A stretch of 64,000 nucleotides of DNA from a virus. Lineage: Duplodnaviria; Heunggongvirae; Uroviricota; Caudoviricetes. Shown piece by piece: positions 45,337 to 54,400 of the stretch. The stretch is from positions 309,405 through 373,404 of IMG/VR virus record IMGVR_UViG_3300003310_000099; one strand, 5' to 3'. A model generated the notes under the pieces. It was not told where the DNA came from. It worked only from the letters and a program-made list of their open reading frames with translations, and searched no databases. Numbering within the stretch: the stretch's first letter is position 1; the number at the start of each line of letters is the position of its first letter. A program made the position numbers and the translations under genes.

Positions 45337-47049
45337 ATGATTGGGATAGAGCCAAATTCTATTTATCTGGGAAAAAATACGTCAGATGGTACACCTGTCA
45401 GACTTCTTCCTTTTAAACCATCTCCTGGGCGCACTAATCAAGGACGCAAGTTATTTAAGGCTTTAAATAACAATGCTTTAGTTGTAGCAGATCAAGCTGG
45501 GACTCCATACCAATTTAGTTTTATAATTTCTTTAGCTAATGCTATAGGTGCTGTAAGCCTATACAACAATACTAATGCTAATATAACTTTTGATGCTACG
45601 CTTGATGCAGGCGGCACAATAACCTTTGATGTGACAGATGTAAACGGTACTACCAGCATAACTACTACCCAGGTTTTAGAAGTAGGATGGAGTTATGAAC
45701 TCACGTTTCAATATACTTATAATGGCGAAATAGGTTTTAATCGTTCCGATTTCATGAGAATCTTCATAAATGGGACATTGACAACTTGGGTTATAAATTT
45801 TGATGGTTTAGCTTCAGTTGCTCCCACCTTAGCCGCATCTACTTTGACTATTACCAGCAGTGCAAACACTTATGTTGCGGCAATCGCTCAGTGGTGGTAT
45901 GCATGGTGGGTTTCAGCGGGCGTTGCTTTTGCATGGTGGTGGTGGTACTACTGGTGGTATGCATGGTGGAGAAGTTGGTGGTGGTCTTATTGGTACTACT
46001 GGTGGTGGTGGTATGTCTGGTGGGATTGTGTTATAACTGGTTGTGATCCAAATGATTGCGGGCCAAACGCTTGCCATCCAGCCGCGCCATTTGACACAAT
46101 ATATCATTATGAAACCCGTAGGGGTGATATAGATTTTGTATTGGCTGGAGCGGGTATAAGAGATTTTGACACTAATACAACTCCAGCGGAGATAAACATA
46201 ACAGTGCCTGGGCCTGTTGTTAAAGCTTATCTTTATTGGAATACTATAGGTGGACCTACGCCGCCGTGCCCCGATACTGCAATTTTTAATGGCGATTCTG
46301 GTGCTGGTGAAATTATTGGGTGTTGTGGGAACACTTGCTGGTCTGTTTATTGTGTTAACAGTGGCCAAGACACGGATAACACTGTGCCAGATCAAAACCT
46401 GTTAAACAAGGTTTGGTTCAGAGATGTGACCAGTCTTGTAACTGGTAGTGGTATGTACACTGTTTCAATTCCAAATGTTGTTCCAGGTGATTTTATAGCA
46501 TACGCTGCGTCTGATTCACCGTACTATCCTGGGTGTCAAGGCGGGCAAGGCGTAGCTCTATTGGTTATTTATGAAACAGAACCACAGATAGTTACCAGGC
46601 AACGTTATCATTGCTGTAAACCAATTGGCGAAGAAACGGTGCTTGAAAGAAAATCAAGAGAAATTATCATATATCATGGTGCTAAGCTTCTTTCTTTCCA
46701 GCCACCTGAGCCACCTACAACTGGTGGTAGTAGCAGTCATAGTATTACATTTCAAACAAAATATTCATTTGAAGGCAAATTAGCCAATGGTGTTGGTGAT
46801 GCACAAAGTTCATATGCGGATAGTTTTTCGTTTAATGGTGTAGCACTTCCACCATTCCCAAGTTATTTTAACCCAGATGCAGGTAATTTATTACATGTGA
46901 GAACAGAATACTTGCCTAAGCACTCAATAAAATGTGGATGTGGCCCAAATGGTTACAACAATACAGTCACAGCATCAACTCCAGACGATTGTTTGTGTTG
47001 GTTCTTGTTTGTATTCTCTGGCGCACAAATATGCGTTACTAAATTATAA
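45337..47049 (+). CDS. putative virion protein with a Trp/Tyr-rich tract
   Basis: Continuous ORF; VVKAYLYW domain; W-tract at 45892-46023. Confidence 0.7.
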   Translation: MIGIEPNSIYLGKNTSDGTPVRLLPFKPSPGRTNQGRKLFKALNNNALVVADQAGTPYQFSFIISLANAIGAVSLYNNTNANITFDATLDAGGTITFDVTDVNGTTSITTTQVLEVGWSYELTFQYTYNGEIGFNRSDFMRIFINGTLTTWVINFDGLASVAPTLAASTLTITSSANTYVAAIAQWWYAWWVSAGVAFAWWWWYYWWYAWWRSWWWSYWYYWWWWYVWWDCVITGCDPNDCGPNACHPAAPFDTIYHYETRRGDIDFVLAGAGIRDFDTNTTPAEINITVPGPVVKAYLYWNTIGGPTPPCPDTAIFNGDSGAGEIIGCCGNTCWSVYCVNSGQDTDNTVPDQNLLNKVWFRDVTSLVTGSGMYTVSIPNVVPGDFIAYAASDSPYYPGCQGGQGVALLVIYETEPQIVTRQRYHCCKPIGEETVLERKSREIIIYHGAKLLSFQPPEPPTTGGSSSHSITFQTKYSFEGKLANGVGDAQSSYADSFSFNGVALPPFPSYFNPDAGNLLHVRTEYLPKHSIKCGCGPNGYNNTVTASTPDDCLCWFLFVFSGAQICVTKL

Positions 47050-47562
47050 TTAAATTAGACCATAAACATACGACCAACGATTGTTATGCATGTGTTTACC
47101 AGCATTTACTTCTCTTAGATACTCATATAAATAATCCCAACTGTCAAACATGAATTCATGTGGAATAAATCCGTAGTACCACAATGGGACAAATTGTTTC
47201 CCTTGTGGGCAAACCAATAAGGTGGGTTTCTTTGCATTATTGCTATTAATTATTTCATGGTGTGAACCACAAGTTGGGACTTTATAAGGCAAATTGGCAA
47301 AAACAATATCCGCACGATCCACCATAGACAAGTCTTTTCTGACAAATCCTTTGGCTATCCTGGTAATCGTTTCAAAATTCCTTGAATCTCTTGCTTCTAG
47401 CAGTTCGCTGGTAAGAGTTTGTTTTGGGTCTGCAAAAGGATCAAACACATTGATGCCAAATTCTTCTGTCAGAATTCTTTTAGGTTCAGTACGCCAATTA
47501 TGTCCAGAATCATCATGTTCGATAGGGCCAGACATGTAGCCACGCTTATCTTTAGTATACAT
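47050..47562 (-). CDS. Nucleoside 2-deoxyribosyltransferase-like protein
   Basis: YMSGPI, WR, DL..VDRAD, GSHHE. Confidence 0.7.
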   Translation of the reverse strand: MYTKDKRGYMSGPIEHDDSGHNWRTEPKRILTEEFGINVFDPFADPKQTLTSELLEARDSRNFETITRIAKGFVRKDLSMVDRADIVFANLPYKVPTCGSHHEIINSNNAKKPTLLVCPQGKQFVPLWYYGFIPHEFMFDSWDYLYEYLREVNAGKHMHNNRWSYVYGLI

Positions 47563-47579
47563 TATTAAGACCTCACTAT

Positions 47580-47587
47580 TATAAATA
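47580..47587 (+). promoter_or_regulatory. T4-like late promoter TATAAATA
   Basis: Exact T4 late -10 consensus upstream of SD AAGGAG and ORF 47604. Confidence 0.55.
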
Positions 47588-47603
47588 ACAAAGGAGAAAG
47601 TAA

Positions 47604-48332
47604 ATGTCAAATACAGAGTTTCAAGAAAAAATGGACAGATTGGTAGAAAAGGCCCCAGAAAATAGGCATAGTTATTACCAGTTGAAATATTTTGTCATAG
47701 GTAAGCAGCCTACCACACAATCACAATTATGGCAATGCTTAACTGAATTACAATCAAGAAAAGAAACAATAGATAACATTCAGATGCAGGTTGAAGATTT
47801 GGAAGATGAGTTGCAAATTCTTGACCTGCAAGAGTTAAAAGATACTGCGACTGAAAAGAACATCAGGCACGCTTCCGAAGAACTTGAAGAAATATTTCAA
47901 AAAGAGAAGGATATTAAAATAAAGAGGTTAAAAAGGAAAAAGGAATCAATAAATAAGAATATAATTAAATTAGAAAAACAATTAAATTTCGTAATCCAAG
48001 AAGCAAGATTTTTCGTGCAGGCTTTTGAAGCTTTAGAGAAAGTAGAGCCATTAAAGGATTTTGATGACTATGAAGCTCAGAAGGAACTATGGGAAGCTAA
48101 AGTTTCAGAGGAAATTAATTTGAGGCTTCTTTTCCACCAGCCATTAAGTCCAGACACTTTAAAAACAGCACTTTCTCTGCATGATAATTCTATGGTTAAA
48201 CAAGAAGTCATAAAGATGATGGGCAACTTAGAAAAGGCTAATGTGAAGATGATAGAAGAAAACAAACTTAAAATGCTAGAGAATCAGGTGCCAAGACTTT
48301 CAAAGAACAGGATGCAAGAAGGAGTAAAATGA
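47604..48332 (+). CDS. coiled-coil hypothetical protein
   Basis: RHSYYQLKYFVIGKQPT; coiled-coil pattern. Confidence 0.75.
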   Translation: MSNTEFQEKMDRLVEKAPENRHSYYQLKYFVIGKQPTTQSQLWQCLTELQSRKETIDNIQMQVEDLEDELQILDLQELKDTATEKNIRHASEELEEIFQKEKDIKIKRLKRKKESINKNIIKLEKQLNFVIQEARFFVQAFEALEKVEPLKDFDDYEAQKELWEAKVSEEINLRLLFHQPLSPDTLKTALSLHDNSMVKQEVIKMMGNLEKANVKMIEENKLKMLENQVPRLSKNRMQEGVK

Positions 48333-49321
48333 AAAATAAATTTTCCTTGGACAAATTGCACAAGGACGGCACGCTGTCCGTATTCCCAAAAGGAAAAGAT
48401 TCTAAATTAAGTCTGCACGAAGCTAAAAACAATGCTGAAGATAAATTAAGACAGACACTGGCCATTAATGGAAAGTATATCATACTTCATGATGCAAGTA
48501 AATTTCCTGATAGCGGTATTATAAAAATAACTCCAAGCAATTCAACTAATCTTCTCGATTCTTTTGAGGTTATTTTCTATGCAAAAAAGAGTGGCAACCA
48601 CCTGATTATGTTGCAAAGAGGCTATGGTGGTTCGCCAATCAACACTTGGCCATCTGGCAGTAAAGTTTCTTGTCCATTAATGGCCGAACACCACAATGCA
48701 CTAAAAGACGCAATTATACAAATCGAAAAAAAGATTGGTTTGGAAAAAAATCCTTCTGCTGATTCGATTAACGGAATATTAAATTACTTGGAAAACAAAT
48801 GGCTATCGCCTAAACCAGTTTTTAGAGCTTACCCAAGGATGGGGCCGTCACCTTTAACTGTAACTTTTCATAACTTTTCTACTGGTTATGGTGGTAGATA
48901 CCTGTGGGATTTTGGGGATGGCACAACGAGTACAGAAAAGAACCCAATTCACACTTATCAAGATGAAGGCAAATACGCAATAAGACTTACAGTCATTTCC
49001 ACAAATGGTTCACAAGGATTGACTGAAAAAGCCGATTACATAGAGGTGAATAACGAACAACTTCCTTCGTTTTTTTATGTCACGCCATTACAAGGCTCAA
49101 CAGAAACTGATTTTGAATTTGTGGATCAAAGTGACGGTGATATAGCAGAAAGACATTGGTTTTTTGGAGACGGCACAGATGCAACTGTGAGTAACCCAAA
49201 TATTCATACAATAACACATCGTTATGGGCAAGCTGGCAATTATATCCCATCATTGATGATAAGACTCACTAACAACAAGACAAGAAGAGTACATTTGCCA
49301 GAAGGAATTACAGTAATATGA
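48329..49321 (+). CDS. PKD-domain virion protein
   Basis: PLTVTF, WDFGDG..STEKNP.HTY, WFFGDG. Confidence 0.8.
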   Translation: MKNKFSLDKLHKDGTLSVFPKGKDSKLSLHEAKNNAEDKLRQTLAINGKYIILHDASKFPDSGIIKITPSNSTNLLDSFEVIFYAKKSGNHLIMLQRGYGGSPINTWPSGSKVSCPLMAEHHNALKDAIIQIEKKIGLEKNPSADSINGILNYLENKWLSPKPVFRAYPRMGPSPLTVTFHNFSTGYGGRYLWDFGDGTTSTEKNPIHTYQDEGKYAIRLTVISTNGSQGLTEKADYIEVNNEQLPSFFYVTPLQGSTETDFEFVDQSDGDIAERHWFFGDGTDATVSNPNIHTITHRYGQAGNYIPSLMIRLTNNKTRRVHLPEGITVI

Positions 49322-51420
49322 GCAATTATCCTGCGACGTTTGACACAAACAATAACCTATACTTGGTAAGAGATGCTTTAAAAATTCCATTAGGAATGGA
49401 TCATCATCCAGGGCAAAACGTTATTATTGCAGATGGAGATATTAGTAATTTCCCATCAAATGGCATTATTACTCTTGTGGATCAAGATAGTCCAGCACAC
49501 GAACGAGCAGTATCATTCCATTATAACCGTAGAACCAATAGAGAATTTTTGGACTTAGAACTACTGAATAGCTCTATAGATTGCTTTAAGCCTAAAAGAC
49601 TTACATTTATTACAATGCAGGTAATGTCTGACCATCGTGAAGCTTTAAAAGAAGCAATCATGTCTATAGAAAAATTCTTGGGGCCTAAGCATATAGTAGA
49701 CAATCATCCTCACGGTGAAACTATCTTTGGAAGGATAAATTTTTTAAGAAAGATTTTGTTTGAACCAAAAGCTTGGTTTGAAGCAGATAGAACTACTGGA
49801 GCTTCGCCATTTACAGTCAATTTCACATTCACTGGTACTGGCAATACTGGTCCAGTTGGTGAAGTCGAATATACATGGAAATTTGGTGATGAAGATGAAT
49901 TAAAAACAACAGAACCGACTATACAAAAATTGTTCTTAGACCCTGGCAATAAAACAGTTTCCCTAACAGTGAAAAATCAATATGGGGAAGATTCTGTATC
50001 ATTCCCAAATATGATTAAAGTAAAAGGACAAGCGCCAGAACAAGCACTCATTAGATTCTCCCCACAACAACAGCAACTTGGGTTCATGCAAAATGATGTA
50101 ATGCCTAAAATCAGGGCACAAGTAAGACAGCCAATAGCAATAGAAATACCACAGAAAATGGTCAGTGAGAAAAGAACATTTGCTGGAGAGCGGATTGACC
50201 CAAATACTTCACGAACCAATGATGTTATTACCAACTATACATGGAATCTAGGAGACGATTTGCCACATGCCAATTCCCCAAAAACAAAAGCTATTTATAG
50301 CGTGGGCGGATTATATGATTTGGTTGTAAGAACCGATACGGCGTCAGGCACACATAGGACTACCGTTTACCCTAATGCAATTGATGTTATTGAACCAGTA
50401 AACGTTTGGTTGTGGACAATAAACGACAAGCAGATCAGATCATATGAATTTGGTTTATTGAGTGAAGTTTTCAAGACTTCCAGCAACACGACTGAACTTG
50501 ATATCAATGATTCCTTTATTGATGACAATCATAAAAGAGAAAAATTTGAATTCTGGCGTAACAACAACTCTGCCAAAAAAGGAGACATTAAATCTGGGCA
50601 AGGTGGCGATTTGTTAATGTTTTGGGCAAGCGGCAAAAGTGAAAATTCAGTAGGTGAAAGAATTAATTTCAACGAATACAATGGATTCTCTGATACATAT
50701 ACATCTAAAGACTCAATAGCTGGCAGACCTTGGAATTGGGCTTCATTAGCAAATAACAGTAAAATATATTTCGCTTTTGGCAATAACAACGATGGGCCAT
50801 TACCAACATTGTCAATGACGAATCAGACCAAGATTACTTACGACATAGGTAGTTCTGCAATCTCCTATGATGAAATAGAATACAGGAATTATAAGAATGG
50901 AGCGCATAATCTTATCCAGAACCCTGATGTTTTCGATAAAGATTATAATGCAGAAGATGGTCATTTTTCAGCTTATAGAACAGTTTGGAAAAACAACACT
51001 GGATACATACTTAGAAATGCATTTTTAGGAGACGATTTTTCTTTCCAACATTTCTATAGGACGGAAGGTACGGTGGGGCAGCCATTTTTAAACCTTGTGA
51101 GGTTGCCAGACTTGCCTGGCGAGAATCACAAGGATGGAGATTTAGCTGCACTAAGTAATGGGGTATATTTCTTCAACAACTCAGGCATGACATACTGTTA
51201 TGGTAGTTCTACTGGAACTTGGGAATTAATAACGCCACACAATAAGGTCGCCATCAATGATTTGGATGGTCTAATGGCAACCTCTGATTCGGATACAAAA
51301 GCCTACCTAACCTTGGATGGCATGAACAATGGTTTTATTAGATTCAACGAACTAGATATGTCTTACACGACATTGAATCAGAAACCAGCAGGCAAACAAT
51401 GGCATATAACACTTTTTTAA
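49318..51420 (+). CDS. PKD-domain virion protein
   Basis: PFTVNF, WKFGD, WNLGDD. Confidence 0.75.
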   Translation: MSNYPATFDTNNNLYLVRDALKIPLGMDHHPGQNVIIADGDISNFPSNGIITLVDQDSPAHERAVSFHYNRRTNREFLDLELLNSSIDCFKPKRLTFITMQVMSDHREALKEAIMSIEKFLGPKHIVDNHPHGETIFGRINFLRKILFEPKAWFEADRTTGASPFTVNFTFTGTGNTGPVGEVEYTWKFGDEDELKTTEPTIQKLFLDPGNKTVSLTVKNQYGEDSVSFPNMIKVKGQAPEQALIRFSPQQQQLGFMQNDVMPKIRAQVRQPIAIEIPQKMVSEKRTFAGERIDPNTSRTNDVITNYTWNLGDDLPHANSPKTKAIYSVGGLYDLVVRTDTASGTHRTTVYPNAIDVIEPVNVWLWTINDKQIRSYEFGLLSEVFKTSSNTTELDINDSFIDDNHKREKFEFWRNNNSAKKGDIKSGQGGDLLMFWASGKSENSVGERINFNEYNGFSDTYTSKDSIAGRPWNWASLANNSKIYFAFGNNNDGPLPTLSMTNQTKITYDIGSSAISYDEIEYRNYKNGAHNLIQNPDVFDKDYNAEDGHFSAYRTVWKNNTGYILRNAFLGDDFSFQHFYRTEGTVGQPFLNLVRLPDLPGENHKDGDLAALSNGVYFFNNSGMTYCYGSSTGTWELITPHNKVAINDLDGLMATSDSDTKAYLTLDGMNNGFIRFNELDMSYTTLNQKPAGKQWHITLF

Positions 51421-51448
51421 GTTGGCTATATAATAGATAAAGGAGAAA

Positions 51449-54400
51449 ATGCCAAAGGCGATCCCAAAACCAGTATATCCAATAGCTTTAGATTCTAATT
51501 ACACTCTATTTAGCACAAATAACAGTGCGCAAACCGCATTATCTGCGGACTTAGACAAAACAAGCGATGTAATTGAAGTCTATCCTAAATTTGCAAATAA
51601 TTCTGATATCTGGGCGGATAACGGGTTTGTTACCATCGAAAAAGAAATAATCTATTACGATAGCGTAACCAAAAATAAAGATAACAAAGTAACCCAATTA
51701 AAAGACTGTATCAGGGGCGTCGAAGGGGAAGCACAATCCTATCCTGCTGGAACACCTGTATGTGCCAATGTTGTAGCACAACTGCACAATCAGCTAGTTG
51801 ATGCAATTGTTGCTATCGAAAATACCATTGGTGATATCTCTGATATGCTAAAGGTTGGTACAAATCTCAAGGCACAGCAAAATGTAAGAAAAAACCTTGT
51901 GCCTAAAAACAACGCAATGACTGCTGTGGATACAGCCTTCACAGCGTCTCTGCACCAAAACTTAACGACAATGTTAGGATGTGCGCCAGCCCCTGATGAC
52001 GCTTGCCCTGATGTTGAATTTGAGTTTAATATTCTAGGAGCTACGGCAGAATATTGTGTAAGAATCTTCGGAAGTTATACTGCATTCCAAGTAGATTTTG
52101 GCGACGGTAATTTCACCAATACACAACTGTCTGGCACAATACAATATAATGGAGGCAATCCAACAGTCACAGTAACAACCCCGACTTGTACTTTAGTGCA
52201 AATGCCAACAACTCCTAACGAAGGTTGTGAGGCACCGACATTACCAAATCCTTCTATCCCGTTTGTAATTGCTGTGCCTGAAGTACCAGAATGGCCAGGT
52301 TTTATACCACAAAAGAACATATGCCCTGGACCATTATTGAATCTGCCACCTATAATATTTCCTGAATCCAGGTTATGCCCAGCAACTTCAACGGTGCCAT
52401 CTTGTTGTATGCCGAGCATTATAATCTCAGTTATTGAGGCATGTAAAACTCCGCAGATCATAAGGGTCATAAGCCCATGTAGAATAAGCATCATATCATT
52501 GGTAGGATGCGAACTACCGAGCCAAATATCCCTTATTGGGTGCTGCCCACCAAGCATAATTAGTATAGTAGCCCCAAGCTTAGAATGCATAAGATTCTGT
52601 GACCCGCCAAGCTTCCAGTGCATAAGCTTCTGTCCTGTGCCAAGCTTTGATGTTATTAGTTTCAGCAAACCACCAAGCTTCGACTTAATTAGTTTTGCCC
52701 CATTCCCAAGTATAGGCAAAGTATCATTTGATGTTGGTGTAGCTTTAAGCCTAAGTCCTGTGTGTTTCTGTGAACCACCTAGTTTTGCACCAATTAGTTT
52801 TGCAGCAGTACCAAGTATTGGCAGAGTATCTTTTGATGTTTTAGTAAACCTAAGCCTAAGTCCTGTAAGCTTTACTTCACCACCGAGTTTCCAGTGCATA
52901 AGTTTCTGTGCATTGCCGAGCTTCTCAGCAATTAGTTTTGAACCATTCCCAAGCATCGGGAAAATATCTTTTGATAGTGTGCCAAACTTCAGCTGTATAA
53001 GCTTTTGCCAACCACCGAGCTTTGACGTAATTAGTTTTAGTAAACCACCGAGCTTCGACTTAATTAGTTTTGCACCATTCCCAAGTATAGGTAAAGTATC
53101 ATTTGACGTTGGTGTGGCTTTAAGCTTAAGCCCTGTGTGCTTCTGTGAGCCGCCAAGCTTTGATGCAATTAGTTTTGCACCATTCCCAAGTATAGGCAAA
53201 GTATCATTTGACATTGGCGTGGCTTTGAGTCTAAGTCCTGTGCATTTTTGCGAACCACCGAGCTTTGACCCTGTGTGTTTCTGCGAACCACCGAGCTTTA
53301 CAGCAATCAGTTTTGTAGCACCTATTTTTGACCCTGTGTGTTTCTGTGAACCACCGAGCTTTGACCCTGTGTGTTTCTGTGAACCGCCTAGTTTCCAGTG
53401 CATAAGCTTTTGTCCTGTGCCTAGTTTTGATGCAATTAGTTTTGCACCATTCCCAAGCATAGGCAGAGTGTCATTTGACGTTGGCATAAGTCTCAGTTGC
53501 ATAAGCTTCTGTGCTGTGCCTAGTTTTGATGCAATTAGTTTTGCACCATTCCCAAGTATAGGTAAAGTATCATTTGACGTTGGTGTAGCTTTGAGCCTAA
53601 GCCCTGTGTGCTTCTGTGAGCCGCCAAGCTTCCAGTGTATAAGCTTCTGCCCTATAAGCTTTACGGCAGTCAGTTTTATACCACCTAGTTTTGACAAGGT
53701 GTCATTTGACCGTGTGCCGAGTTTCCAGTGTATAAGCTTCTGCACGCCACCGAGTTTCCAGTGTATAAGCTTCTGCACGCCACCAAGTTTTGATGCAATC
53801 AGCTTTGCACCATTTCCAAGCATAGGCAGAGTGTCCTTTGACGTTGGTGTAAGTCTAAGTTGTATAAGTTTCTGTACACCACCAAGTTTTGATGCAATTA
53901 GTTTTGCACCATTTCCAAGCATAGGCAGAGTATCCTTTGATGTTGGTGTAAGTCTCAATTGTATAAGTTTCTGCACACCACCTAGTTTTGGATGCGTCAG
54001 TTTCTGTACACCTAGCTTTGATAAAATATCTTTTGATACACCACCTAGCTTCCAGTGCATAAGTTTTTGTGATACGCCAGTTTTCCAGTGCATAAGTTTT
54101 TGTGATACACCAAGCTTCCAGTGTATAAATTTCTGTGAACCACCAAGTTTTGGGTGTGTCAGTTTCTGCCCAGCACCAAGCTTCGATAAAGTATCTTTTG
54201 ATAGTGCCCCAAACTTTAACTGTGTTAGTTTCTGTGAGCCACCAAGCTTTGACCCTGTGTGTTTCTGTGAACCACCAAGCTTTGCAGCAATTAGCTTTGC
54301 GGCAGTGCCGAGTTTTGACAAAGTATTGTTTGACACACCAAGTTTTGATCCTGTGTGTTTCTGTGAACCACCAAGTTTTGATCCTGTGTGTTTCTGTGAA

